Below are positions 10,962 to 23,864 of a stretch of 64,000 bases of DNA, piece by piece. The notes under the pieces were generated by a model. It had not been told where the DNA came from. It did no database searches and worked only from the letters and a program-made list of their open reading frames with translations. This DNA comes from Lingula anatina. Lineage: Eukaryota; Animalia; Brachiopoda. Position 1 is the first letter of the stretch. Every line of letters starts with the position of its first letter. The DNA lies in the NCBI GenBank assembly GCA_051362555.1, contig CM120640.1, positions 41,208,788 to 41,272,787 of the forward strand, written 5' to 3'. The translations under genes and the position numbers were made by a program.

Positions 10962-13900
10962 TTTTAGGAGAGTCCGTGGTGAGCACAAAGTTAAATGATA
11001 GATAGATAGACAGACAGACAGATTTGAACCTAAAGAACATGCCTTTATTTGAACATCAAAAAAATGCCTATTTTGAATAAATCAAGAAAAAAGACATAAT
11101 TGCTACAAAAAGGAAGCTGTTTCTCAAAGATAGAAAATTTCCTGATAATATGATGTATGGCATATTTTACCTGATTTGGGTTAGACACGTATCCTGCTGC
11201 CAGTGGGTCGCATCCTTTCTGGGAGTAATAAGCAAACATGGTCATCCCGACCATACAGGTTAGCGACCAAATGATGGTTATAATAGGTGCGTTCATCAGG
11301 GTAGTGCTAAAAAAAGGAAGAAACCGATGAAGAATATTTAAATAACAAAAGCAAGGTGAACGTAAAAATTACTATTAATGCCTTCCCATTTCTCTTCCAG
11401 TTTTTTAAAGTCAACCTCACATTTTCACGCATAAACACACGGTTTCTCCTTTTATGATGAGTTTTTGTTTCAAAAAGTCTTACTTAGAAGAAAAAAAGTG
11501 ATAACGAAAGGAAAATCGTCATTACAAATTGCACTTAATTCGTTGAGAAAGTCACGTAGTCGTAATGAGAATAAAAGTGTCGTAACCACGAATTTCCATT
11601 TTACATACACATGAGTGTATTTAAACTCCGCTGAACCCAACAAACCGCAATTCAGGGATGTGTCCTCCTCTGTCCTGTTTTGTGGGTCTCTGTCTTGATC
11701 TTTTTCCTTGATAGAATCAAGAATGTAATGCTCATTTTTGGTATAATCCACGTACTTACACTTTAGCCTTGGTGAGTGTTGGCACTGAGCAGTATCTCTG
11801 TACCGCCGCCTGGTAGACCCCAGTTCTGGCCAGTATGTCCACCATGCCGCCCACCACGATGGTCCAGAATGTGTGGCGGATGAGAGGGTTGGGGTCAAGG
11901 CTACGGAGGAAATAGAGCATCTTTAATGAACACGTAAACGCAGTTAGCAACCATATAATGAAGAATAGTGGAAGAAATTGATGTAAAGATATACATTTAT
12001 AACAATGCCACCTCTTTTATTTTATTACCTTCGCTATATGGTTAGGTGCATATCACATTATTTCAAAACGGTCTTATTTGTGAATTAAAATACTGTAACC
12101 AGTTTGGAAGCAAAAAAGAAAAAAAAAACTGAAAGAGGAATACTGCCGGTGTACACATAAATGGCCCCTGGGTCCGCCATAGGGGCTAACCCTGCAAATG
12201 ATCATCTAAAATGGTTTCATTCGATCCCTTCGGTTTTTAATTTTGACAATTCAGCCTCTCTTCATAAATGGTGGATTGGAATTTGAAAACCTTAAGGTAC
12301 GACAATCACAGCGAAAAACTTACGGGTGACCTGTAATTGCCCAAGTTAATAACAGATGAAAATTGCTATTGGTACATTGCATGTTAGGACAGACGAATAA
12401 AATACGTCCACTCATGGAAAAAAAACAAACAAAATTACTGATACTATACAGGTCGAGGTATGTAAGGTTTTTGTTTCATTTCATCTCGACTATACGGAAT
12501 CCCGTACTATCTGCTCCAGGCTAATAAAGCCCTATTCTCGTCGACACATTGGTCCACGTGGATCGACCCAACTTCGCAGGGACTCTCGTTAAATGTAATC
12601 AGTTTAACATATTAATACGCCTCCTCCTGGCGTTAAGTAGAATACAGAATACAGAAAACCTGCTGATTATACGTGTGCGTTGGAAACAAAAGGAGGCATG
12701 TCATCCAGTTAAGCTGGTTGCACTCATCGAGAGGCCACGCAGAGTTGGGTCGATCCACTTACACCGACGGTCAGACTTCTTAAAACGCAACCGTCAACTG
12801 ATTGATAAGCAAAACAAGGACGTTAGCTTATTGTCCTAGTTTTTTACGCTTAACACAGGCTGTTTATTTGATCTACAGTTTTCAAAACGCTCCTTTTGGC
12901 CTTCAAAATCTCAACAGGTGACTGCCCCCATTATTTCAGTAGACATACGGAAAATGTTGACGCTATAAAGACACCAGATTACAGGTAGTAACAAGCATGC
13001 CTTTCAGCTGTTGACACACGAACAGGAAAAAAAAACAGTATTTCATTCATTCTGTCTTTTCAGTTGTATTCCCAATTTAATGCTGAAAATCGTTTCCAGT
13101 AACATGCTCGATGCCTTTAAGGAAACTTGAAAACAACACTTTCTTTCAGTAAATATATCATCAACGATTTCCGTTTGATCTAAAAAACATATATTTATGA
13201 AAATTCTATTGCCACGTTTGTAACAATATTTTACCGACTAAAAAATATAGCTCAATACCAAGACCTTCAGTCTTCAATTTCATCCGCTTCCCAGTTAAAG
13301 ATAAATGACAAAATTCAGGAGTCAGTACAGAGATTGTAAGAAATATCTATGACTCGCTGAACACATTAGTTCAATCTTATTCCTGTTTCCTCTATTCTCT
13401 CTTTTAATTATTCCATTTACTTTATTTGTCAGTTATTTATCTGGTTATTAATTCTTTTTTTTACTTATTTGAGAGTGGGGCTTGATAACTGGTAGTATTG
13501 GAATAATATTACTTTTGTAAAGCGTCTTACTCTAAAACACATGTAACAACATGTCTGCATGAACCTGTTTTTCATACTGTAGACCATGTAACACAGCCCA
13601 CTTGACTCTACGCCAAGACCCAGTAAAGTGAATCAGGCAATATTGGCAGAATTTGAGAGGGATATAATAGTCGTTACCGCGGTCGATCTATGCCCTGTCC
13701 AAAATCTCCCGCACGAACGGAAAATGTGAAATGGGCAGATGAGGGAGCTTGTGGTTCGAAGTATATGAAGCGATGTTCGCAGTCAGTTTTTGTACAAACG
13801 GAACATGAAAAATGTCGCGTCAATAATTAAGCAATTCAGCGATCGAACTTCCAATTCACGGTTCCAAGTCACAAACAGCAATTTAGTTTTTATGGACCGA

Positions 13901-16900
13901 CTTCTACGAGGCCAAGCGTATCACGAAATCTCACAGCAAACGCATACTTACTGTAAAGGCTCCACCCGATTATGCATGTCGTTAATCTCCCATACTTTAT
14001 CAAAACCTCCTACTTCTATGCTGCCCTAAAACCAATTCAAATTATTACTTTTTTTGCGGTTGTTGTCATGCTGATAAAGTTTTTAGGAGACCTCTAAGTA
14101 GCGCAATCATTACATATAACCTTCATCAATTTAACACAAATTGAAATAAATAAAGCTAGCGGGCAATAAATCTGAATTTCGACATGTCGAGTGCCATAAT
14201 TATCGCTAAAAATGGAATGTTGAACAACTTACCTTTATTAAAATGGCAATGACGCCGGCTAACATGATGAAGGATTGAAGAGCATCAACCCATATCACGG
14301 CTTTAATGCCACCCTGAAGGAAAGAATGACAAAATCATAAGCCTGGCATCAAATCTAACACATTATCACACACTGTGAACATCTACAAGGGTGGCAGATT
14401 ATATAGGGAAATGGGAAAACTCATAGTTAGTAAAATGACCGTCTATTTATCTACATATACACATCTGTGAATATCCTGTGAAAAGTCAAACTGTGGCCCT
14501 GGTAGAGGGTATTGAACATCTACCGCATGCCCAAAGTATTAGTGCATCAACACTGTAACTTACAGGTGCACACTGTAGCATATAAAAGCTGCATTTTAAT
14601 AATATTTTTGGGGCTACGGACGTAGTCCATATAAATAAGTGCAGCATAGAAGGTAGTACTCAAAAGGTTAAGTTACTGCTTCAAATGCCACTAAATGTTA
14701 AATTCGATTAATGGATGCAGCGTTTTGTATGACCTGAACTTGTGTTACCATTTTTCTTGTTGACAGGGAAAGAATTACAGGCTTGATGTAGCACATAAAA
14801 ATTAAGATTTTAGGTATGTGTACAAAATGCGAGCAAAGAATGAAATAATGGAAATCACGAGCTAAATACATATTAAATCCTTACCAGTGCGGAATAAAAT
14901 GAGGAGACTACAAACGTTAAGATCAAAGTAACCCAGTAAGGCGACCCAGTCACTGAAAAAAGTTTTAAAACATTTATACGATATTGCACAACATGATAAG
15001 AATTCTAAACACAAGTACACTTCACTTTAATACCTCGTTTGGCTTTTCAAGATAACAGAGAGCAAATATTTTCAGCCTAAGAATCTTCATATAACAGCTT
15101 GACAGGTTTTCTCGAACTTAATTCGTATACTGGATCGAAACGTAGATACAGAAAGTACAACATTTTAAAATTCCCTCAACCGATTTCAGACGTTAACTTC
15201 AAGTTAAATTTATTCAAGCATTTGGCACTTTTATTCAGAACATGCAACAGATTGTCTTTAACAATTGAAATGCTTGATTACCTATTTCCATGGCCGTTGC
15301 CGGTGCGTACATAGCTACACCCATGTATAGGATCTAAAAAAAGACAAAGAACAGTAGTGCGGTTATCAAATCAACAATTATAACAAGTCTGGTGCCGCTG
15401 TGTAGCAATGATTTTCTATATCATATACAGTGTACGTTGATGCGTGCACGAAAGGAAACGGTGCGTGGTGCCAAAGCGTCGCGTACGGTATTCCACCGAG
15501 GCGACCCACTTTGAGTGTGTGTGTGTATGTGTGTGTAAGTGGGTGGGGTTAAGGGACGCCCCTCAATCTACTTGATATCTGGAATCTGTCTGTAACGATC
15601 TAGGCAAGGTTTACGTTTTCACAATATTAAAAATGTATCAGATATTAACGATCTGATACTCGTAGGCCTTTGTGTCAACCCCCCAAAAAATCATTCCTTG
15701 CAGTTATCAGTTGTACTCATCATCATGACATCCTTTATTCAAATCCAGTTGATGGTTTTGTCTGGACCTCATCTAGGCTCATTCACGACTGAAGCTGCCG
15801 GTAATTTCCATTCACTCTAAAGTGTTAGAAGAGAGTGAGTACATCATCTTTTTATTCGCAATACTCGTACCTCTTCAGGATATACCCTTTTGCTGTTACT
15901 GTCGCGGTGGGATTGATAATATTAACATACATGTGTGAAGGGTTGTAAATCCCTTGGTTTCATTCATGGTTGTTTTTCTGCGTATCCATATGGCCTCCAA
16001 GACTATTCCTTTTGAAAGTTTGTCTCCTGCTAAGATTTTAGGCTCATTCATTTTGGCACATGGCATTGTCTGTAACTGCCGAGTTATGTAAAATCCCAGT
16101 GGAATCCAATCTTTTTAAAGCACATGTTGACTTCCTCATTTGTATCCGCTCCCCACACACACATCTTTTCCTTGTTCTTCTTATCATTTTAGTAATTTTC
16201 TGTAAGTCCATCCGACATAAACTTGATAAAAACTGCTACAAATCTATTTCAAAAACTATCCCATATTCGTTGTTTTTCTATTTTGTCCTTTACGTGTAGG
16301 ATTCTAAGCTTTGTGTGGGGCCTGAATGTCAATTTTGTGCTTCCTTTTTTTATTCATATTACACTATTATTTCACGGTGGGATAACTGGTAGACGAGCAG
16401 ATGCATTCACGGCGCTGCCGACGGCAAAAATGGTTGACTTTCCAGCAGTGAGCGACAAGAGGAAATGAGAGGTAAGTAAAAAAAATTGAGAGCCTCCGTG
16501 TCCCTGCATCGGCGCGGACGCGCTAGCTGACCGTATGTCAACCTATCTTTCATGCATTGACACATTTATATGTATAGTACATATCATAATATGTAGAAAT
16601 TGGAGTTCTATAGAATGGGTTCTTTTCATGCTTAAGAGAAGGGAGCTGCCCTGATGGCGTTTTGCTTTACATAAATTATATAAATCAGGGGGAACATATG
16701 GCTACCAATCTCTGCACAAGATTTTTCGTGGTAAACAAATAAATAATGACAGTGGAGTGTGTGTAATCCTGTACAAATTCCGCTAACTCCATGATGTCAT
16801 CAACTGTCAGTGGTTAGTGTACTGACTGGTAAGTAAATACAGTTTCTTATATCCCTGAAGTCCATGTACTGTATCGATTGGTGTGATAATAAATAAAGAT

Positions 16901-19024
16901 AGGGATGTGTCACCAAAAGACACTTAAGTTTCATTTTGTCCTTCCTTAATATGTTTCAAGATCTTGATTTGTATTGCTTACTCTTGAAATAAAAAAAATG
17001 TTTCAAGATTTTGACCAATTCCCTGGAATTCTTCAAGTGCACGTGTCTTTGTGTTTTTCCTTGAAAGGGGTCAATATATCAGCTAGACTTTTTGATAAAT
17101 TGATAGTAGTCAGGGGGTTGTTTTCATTACGTAGGCCTACATATGCTGTTCAGTGGTCTTGGGTTGATTTCAGGAATAGGATATATTGTTCTTTCTTGTT
17201 CACTCACCATTTCCTCTTTCATTAGTCTATTCGAGTTGGTCACTGTTTTTTTATAAGACTTTATATAAGTCTAGATTAGGTCTAGACAAAATCGTCAAAA
17301 TGATTTTTATTAAATAATGATATACACATGTATTTATAGATCCAATGAAACTATTTTCTCGATTATCATTTAGTATTTAGTTATCCACTTTAAAAAGTAC
17401 GTGAGCACTGTACAACCGCCCTGACTGATAATCAAACTGTTGAGAAAACGATAACATCATTAAAGGAGGGTTTTCCAATGATATTGTACTTACAGCATTC
17501 ACTAAGGTAATGAAGGAACCCACCAGTTTGGCGCTCTTTGACTTAAACCGCAGTTGTAAGTACTGAAAAAGATTTAATCATTTCAAAAACATTGGTCAGC
17601 AAAATATTGCACATGAAGTTTATCAATAATAATTGTAAATAAAAAGAACAATTTTCACGTAAAAATTATTTTTGTTTGACTAGTTAGGTCATGAAAAGGT
17701 TGCCAAATATTTCGATATGACTTCCTGGTAGATTAGAAAAACACACAAATAAACACATATCACTGCGGGACGCACAGTCTCGACTTTTGGAAGTCAAAAT
17801 AAGAGGTTAAACTACATAATTCCATGGACTACGCACATTCACGCCCATTTCTAAACACAATTTTTCCTTAAAAGCATCAGCAGCTTCAGCTGCATAACTA
17901 CACGGAAATTAAGTACGTACATTTATCAAACGTTTCCTAACATAAATTTAATAAAACAAGCTAGGGCTACGTTGCATGGCTTTCATTGGAAAAACATGGC
18001 GAGACCTTCAATTTTCACCCAGTCACACATCGTTAATCGCTGCTTAATATTTAAAAGCAAGACCAAAAAGACCAACATTTACCAACAAATAATCCACATC
18101 CGATTGCAGATACAGGAGGAGGGGGCACAATAGCCATCTCTTCCATCCCCCCTCCCAAAAAAAAAAAAAAAAATGGTATGGCAAGCGAAATGAGACGAAA
18201 CCAAGCCCTGTGCCCCACACAATAAAATTGTCCTCGTTTGCCATTTCAGATTTATTCTTAATATCAGGCTTGTGCCCCCCCCCCCCCCCCAAAAAAAAAA
18301 AAAAAAAAAAAAATCCCCTTTACACCGGAATCCGCTAGTAACACCGTCTAAAAGTTATATAATAAACCGGGTCTATTATATACGCATTAGAAGTAAATCT
18401 AGAGCTTAGGCTAAACTAACAAAAAGTATGTTGCGCCCCTTGACAATTTATAGCAAAGGTGTGTGACTGCATCTGAGCAGGCCTATCTTAAAGGGTTTTT
18501 CAGGAAAACTACCCAAACAAATAGCAGCATGTGCAGTGCGTTGGTCTTGAAAAACATCTACTGAATACTGCATGGTATAAAACAGATAAAACACCAGAAT
18601 AAAGCAGTAAAGCGTTCTTAAGGAAAGACCTACAGCGCACATAGCCTGACCACTTAATATAAGTGGAACAAGTCCCAGTACACACCTCGTACGCGCTAGT
18701 TAACTTCAAGGGGAACAAAAGCGGCACAAATAGCACAGCAGTTAGAAAGTAGCCCAGTGACGCTGCAAGTGAGTACAGCCACAGTTCATTGCCGTATGTG
18801 TACATTTCTCCTGGGGTCCCAACCAGGGTGATGGCTGAGATTATGGTAACCACCATAGATATAGCAACGGGAACCACGCTCATTTGTCTGTTGGCCATAA
18901 GAAACTCCGAGTTAGTTTTCTGCCGGCCACCGGTAAAGGCAAAGTATACTCCGACGGACGCCGAGATTACCAATACTGCCACAAACACCGCATAGTCCCA
19001 CACAACGAACTTTCGAGCTTCCAT
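6009..19024 (-). CDS. SLC5A8-like: Sodium-coupled monocarboxylate/iodide/multivitamin transporter-like protein (SLC5A5/6/8/12 subfamily), complete, 16 exons, 608 aa
   Basis: Exons 19024-18686, 17562-17494, 15333-15282, 14952-14885, 14313-14233, 14025-13952, 11900-11760, 11306-11171, 10617-10532, 9909-9797, 9649-9579, 8829-8743, 8339-8167, 7563-7463, 7227-7103 and 6119-6009; total 1827 nt, all GT-AG, frame preserved. Motifs: WDYAVF, EFLMANRQM, GTPGEMY.YG, SAYEYLQLRF, YAPA.A, GGIKAVIWVD, RHTFW, VQRYCS, GCDPL, PGVPGLF, LSTISS, GPLLGLF.LG, LYSISY. C-terminus ESSRL* is a class I PDZ-type motif. Confidence 0.95.
7719..7946. mobile_element. MITE-like element with ~42-bp inverted repeats in SLC5 intron
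   Basis: gaattcacctgtagatcggaccacactacccgttttcaaggt pairs with accttgaaaacggggagtgtggtccaatctaccggtaaattc (4 mismatches). No clear TSD. Confidence 0.7.
8545..8720. mobile_element. Near-perfect 176-bp palindromic MITE with 9-bp TSD (Mutator/Foldback-like)
   Basis: taccctctaccagggtgagtgatagattttttacagatattcacagatatgtctctagctagatag pairs with ctatctagctagagacatatctgtgaatatctgtaaaaaaatctatcactcgccctggtacagggta. gcatgtagt is duplicated at 8536-8544 and 8721-8729. Confidence 0.9.
10047..10084. repeat. (AAT)n microsatellite
   Basis: Tandem aat units. Confidence 0.9.
10311..10357. repeat. Poly(A) tract (~47 nt)
   Basis: Homopolymer run. Confidence 0.9.
10878..10958. repeat. Interrupted (TA)n microsatellite
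   Basis: Long ta repeats interrupted by gt. Confidence 0.9.
12558..12758. mobile_element. Degenerate MITE-like inverted repeat in SLC5 intron
   Basis: gtggatcgacccaact...ctctcg...cagtttaac pairs with gttaagctg...cgagag...agttgggtcgatccac: 16 bp perfect, ~50 bp imperfect. Confidence 0.6.
14381..14511. mobile_element. MITE copy related to the 8545-8720 family
   Basis: Ends in aaaatgaccgtctattt...atctgtgaatatc...gccctggtagagggta, matching the right arm of the 8545 element. Inverted relative to the 680-806 copy. Confidence 0.6.
15837..16390 (-). mobile_element. Decayed Penelope-like retroelement 3' fragment (GIY-YIG endonuclease) with relic hammerhead ribozyme
   Basis: Minus-strand translation with frameshifts and stops: FRPHTKLRILHVKDKIEK / GIVFEID / CSSFYQVYVGWTYRKLLK**EEQ / HNSAVTDNA / PKILAG...IVLEAIWIRRKTTMNETKG. 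This matches the PLE pattern FKP..TLR..LVH.KD...GVVY.I.C..C...YVGET.R.L..R..EH...SAVAEH...KIL...EAI.I...N.D.G. Confidence 0.8.
17710..17882 (+). repeat. ~170-bp dispersed direct repeat, copy 1 (SLC5 intron 1)
   Basis: Shares tttcgatatgactt, ttagaaaaa, catatcactgcggg, aaaataagaggttaaactacataattccatggactac and gcacattcacgcccatt with 20727-20932. Confidence 0.85.
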
Positions 19025-19170
19025 GTTGCTGTAAGTTCAAGATCCTATCACCAGCTTCAGCACATTAACTCTCCAGCAGGTTCTTTGTGTAGTGCCGTGA
19101 TGTAAACTGTGACCTGGATAATAGTAGGACTACACTTCACTCAAAAACAGACTGCACACGGATCAGGATT

Positions 19171-19427
19171 GTGACGTCACGGAGGAACCTGCTGATGTGT
19201 GTCCAAAATATATTGGCTTGTTAACTCGGAAGTTTGAGAAATTTGTGGACTGCTCCCAAAACACGATTCAGACGTCAAAAATCGTGACTAATTAAAAGAA
19301 ACTGAAAGAAAACGTTTCACTGACACCAATATCGGATAACAGGTTTACAACGATAAACAGCGCATAACTGCATAGGTTCATGAAAAATCACCAACTGTCA
19401 AATGTGATAAGATAAGCTCCGATAAAG
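19171..19427 (-). promoter_or_regulatory. Candidate SLC5 promoter: palindromic CRE plus GATA cluster
   Basis: GTGACGTCAC at 19171-19180, ~150 bp upstream of the ATG; second GACGTCA at ~19271; GATAA at ~19335, 19352, 19406, 19411 and 19421. Confidence 0.45.
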
Positions 19428-20510
19428 CACATGAGCACACATAGTCATAGCTGTTGTAAATGTTTTTGTAGATTGTCATTATTGTTTTAGTGCCGAAGCA
19501 ATAGAATAAAACTTGTACGAAAATAAATAAATAAAAAATATATATATTCGGACAAACATCTAAAAATTAAGAGGCGACAAAATTCGGCATGTTATGGGTG
19601 TTGGGGGGGGGGGGGCATGCAATCACACGCAAGATTCTAACACTTTTTTTCTTAACAAGTGAAATTATACTGAGGAGAATTAACACTGAAGAGGGAATTA
19701 GCTACATTATCAATAGTTAACTCAGTATCTGTGGTTAGGCACAGCTCACGTTTTTGTTACAGTGCGTGGCCATATGATCATCGTGTCTAGGTACATTTGT
19801 ATCAAATGATATTGAGATTAAGAATATTTTAGTAGTGGGTTTTAAACATAATTGAACCTTATAGGTATGGGCGGCTATTGGGATTCTGTCGCCGTTTCAT
19901 GACGTCCACTTTAAAATAGAGTAAAGCCACGTCTAAGGCTCAGATTTTTACGTGGTTCAAGACACAGACTCTTTGATATATTTCGTAACAAATTTTATAT
20001 TACAATCAAAAATCACTTCATGCACGCAATAAGACCGTATATATCTGCCGTAGTCCCCCAAACATTATATAGTGTCCTGGTCTATCGGAAAAATAACTTT
20101 TTGTGAACTCCATATGGAATAAGGACAGTCTTTCAAAATTGTAACCTGTAAATATGTTACAAGGCTCCTGCACATATTCGGTGGGAAGCATAATTACGGG
20201 CAAATACAGTAATATATGAAGAGGTGATTACGAACATTTTAAGTTATCTGCACTATATACTATGCACTATCTACACTCTTGACACAGTCATAGGGCTTCC
20301 AAATCTCACCCTATTTACCTAGCATATCGGTAAACAACTCTGCACTCCCATTTGCTTCGTTTAGGGAACGAATACAATACGGTTGGGAGCTTGGCAAGGG
20401 AGGCCATCGATCTTTATTGTACATAGCCTAAATATCGGTATGTGATGGGAGTTTAATATCAAAACATCGGTCACTGAGGGGGTTAAGGGATTTTTAGAGT
20501 TTTGGCTTAA

Positions 20511-20614
20511 GGGCCTCAGTTTCATAGTTAGCTTTAGTTTTATTAAGACCTTTGGAAACGACATTGCTCATTGAAGCAGTTTTTGGAATGCACGCTACGT
20601 GGAAATTGAGGGTC
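20511..20614. mobile_element. Short degenerate MITE (GGCC..GTTTCA terminus family)
   Basis: gggcctcagtttcat...gtggaaattgagggtc; termini resemble those of 47626-47812. Confidence 0.35.
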
Positions 20615-20726
20615 GAACTTGGAACATAACACCTTATTTATAACGGAAAACGCAGCTTAGAACCTCTGTATAAAGGATGAAAATATGACACTGCGAACTA
20701 GTCCTTGTGTAAGAATGACCTTGATC

Positions 20727-20932
20727 TTTCGATATGACTTTTGTCATCTTCCTGGTCGTGGTATATTAGAAAAATACACAAACAAACGCATATCACTGCG
20801 GGGCGCACTGCCATTTGAAGTGTAGACTTTCGGAACTCATAAAATAAGAGGTTAAACTACATAATTCCATGGACTACTGTACGCACATTCACGCCCATTC
20901 GAAACACAATTTTTACTTTAAAGCACCATCAG
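20727..20932 (+). repeat. Dispersed direct repeat, copy 2 (upstream of SLC5)
   Basis: Colinear with 17710-17882 with small indels. Confidence 0.85.
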
Positions 20933-23864
20933 TATTGGGACCCATCAAACTAACGTCCCAGCCGTGTGTGAACGGATGAGGACTAAAGTAACTTATAGTA
21001 ACTGGCTCGCGCTGCCAGTAATTACGCCGCGGGATATTCAGGGCACAGACCGTGATCATAAGACATACCGCGAATAGAAAATAGAATTTAGAAAATAGAC
21101 ATTGCATGTGAATGAAGCCAAAATGTCTCACTGTGGCTTTTTGTTAGCGCAGTTCGTGACAACATTGCTTACGCCATTACATTCAAATTCTTCTACAAAA
21201 AGTGCACAAAAGAGTATCCCAAAGAGTATCCTCTCGCAAAATTTTGGATAAATCCTCCCTCTACTGTACCAAGCGCTATTATTTGTAACCATTCTTCAGA
21301 TTCTTCAATGAATAAAATTTGCAATTGCCGAAAAATGTGTCAGTTGTGCCAAGTGATTGTGCTGCGGACTGGGCTTGCTGTCAAACAGTAGCATCGGCAG
21401 CTCACCTGACAACTTCGAGTCAATGGCTTCCCTGACACGTGGTATCACACATGGTATCCCAATTCTTATCTGAAGAAATTGCTTTGTTGAAGCAGAAGCT
21501 TGTGTTCTCAATTAAAGATGGTTTGAAACTAGTTTCTAAAAATAACATTATAAATTTCATGAGGACAATGAGTGATGCCTGTATTTACAGACGGCTAGTG
21601 TTTGAAAAGGTTTACTCTCTATACGCTCAGGAGTACCGGCTGCACGTTCTATTTCACTTTTTAAGGTCTTTAAGTGAAGATCAATAAACCAGCATGTACA
21701 TAGGTTAATGTTTTGTCAAAATACAAAACCAATTAATTGGTGTTTTGATGAGCGATTGCAACAATCTGAATTTTCAAAAGAAGTGGAACGTTTATCGACT
21801 TTTCATTTCCTTCGTTTTAACAAGACATGCATGCGTCATTTTTTCCCCGGAAAAATCAATGGTATCGTGATTGTCATATGCACTGCATGAAAACCTACAC
21901 AGTCATAACTGGCACCTGTGTTACTAAGATGGAGACATTGCACAAGGAAATGAAAACATATCTAATCTGGTTTTATCAATAATACTGGACCTGGAAATAA
22001 TGCGCACCTTAAATCACTTGGGAGCAATTGTCTTCCAACTCGCTTATTAAGATAAAGCAGGTAATCTGCAAAGAAATTCAAGAACAGTGTATTCAATAAG
22101 CCTTATCACATTCTACGAAAGGCGTCAAGAGCAAAGGTACAGCGTCTTTTTGTAGCGGAGCTCATTTACTTCTCTTACAATGCACAATCCTATCAAGGCG
22201 AGAACAATAACACTGCCGTTTCAGGAAATTGCGATCTTGGTGGGTTCACGGGCAAATGAAATCTAAGAAGAAGAATAGCGTATAACACTCAAGTGGGAGT
22301 ATGATCTATACCTATTTTTTTGGGTGTATGGGAGAATCTGTTTGCTTCTTTTTAATTCCACGCTGATGTTTAAACTGATAAATCTATAGATTAAAAAAGT
22401 ACATAAATCAATAGGCCCTTATTAGCGTGATTATTTAGAAAGAGGAGGTTGTTGTACTTTAAGAGACACGCAGTGATCCTTTTTATTTTTAAGCAAATAA
22501 CAACTATATATCTTTTAGATGATACCCAACAAAAATGCGCCCCCCCCCCAAAAAAAAAAAATGCACGTGCGAGTGCAATTTTCACATGCTCGAGGGCTTT
22601 AAACCTCCTTTGTCCCATTGTTAGCTTAAAGAATTTGTATTTACATGAACAGCTTTTCGATTTATTAAATTATTTTTTTATCAGACAGTCTCTTCCATTG
22701 AAGGGGAATTTTTCATCTTTGTCAATATTTTCAAAGATTTCCCTCGTGAATAAGTGACGTCTTATGATTTAATTAAATTCATCATTCTGATAAAATGCAA
22801 TTCGATTTCTGTACAGTGGCTTATTTATTCCGGCTATGCATGTATTGTATGCGGCTTAAAATATTCCATTGCTGCAAGATTCTAGTGGGCCTTCATATTA
22901 GAATTTTTTTGATATCATGTGATTAAAAAAAGTTGAAATTTGGAATGAAACATGTTTTCTGTTGCAAGACTATCTTCAATATCTTGAGAAAAAGACAGGA
23001 AAAGAAGAACATAAAAAGAAAAAAAATCGGGCCTACTGATATATTGGAAGTATAAATCTGCATGCTGAGAATGACTTTCTGTAAACCTACGCAATCATTA
23101 ACAGACACAGGGAGAATATAATATCCCTATGATAACGAAAACAGCGGCAGTTTTGGATACTTGATAGTGTAGTTCTACACAGTTACATTTTTTAATAATC
23201 TTGGTCTCTGAGAAAATATTGGTCGACTCATTTCGTAGATTCATGCCAAAAAGAAAACATCTACTTTTCAAATAAATAAATAAATAAAAAATCGCTGAAA
23301 ACCCCATGGTTCCACAGATATACTGTACTAGTCTCTTTACTGTTGTTTTTACACGGTGTAAAATGTTTCTAATTTATATTGGGGCATTCATTTTTTAATT
23401 CAATGGCAATTATGTCCCAGATGTACGTGTAAAAACACTAGTATAAAGTAAAATAAAATAAAACTTTTCAAATAAATAAATATGACTGTAGCTATAAATA
23501 CAGACCGGCCAAAATAAAATATTCTTTGGTGGAGAATATTCCATGATTCTGAGACATTATCAAGCCTTACTTAGTTGCCCAGTTCCAATTATACATACAC
23601 TGATCATAAACATACCTCCCTGTGAGATTATTAGTTTTTGTAAAGATAAATATAGCTCTGTGAAACTCATCGAATTTGAACTGGTAAATGGAAAGCACCC
23701 ATCATGAAAGTCAAATGACAGACGGAATGACAAATGGCACAATGGAACTCGAGGCATGTGTATTTAGTGAATGAAGTGAATGACACCAACACAAAGACAA
23801 GTTACATGTGGCATTAATAAGAATTCAGACTTCGATCGAGTAATTGACAAGAAAAAGTGCTCTT

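Noticed and set aside
21423-21453. Possible further dystrophin first exon (MASLTRGITH, phase 1)
   Set aside because: Donors GTATCA and GTATCC are weak and there is no peptide similarity; could be chance.
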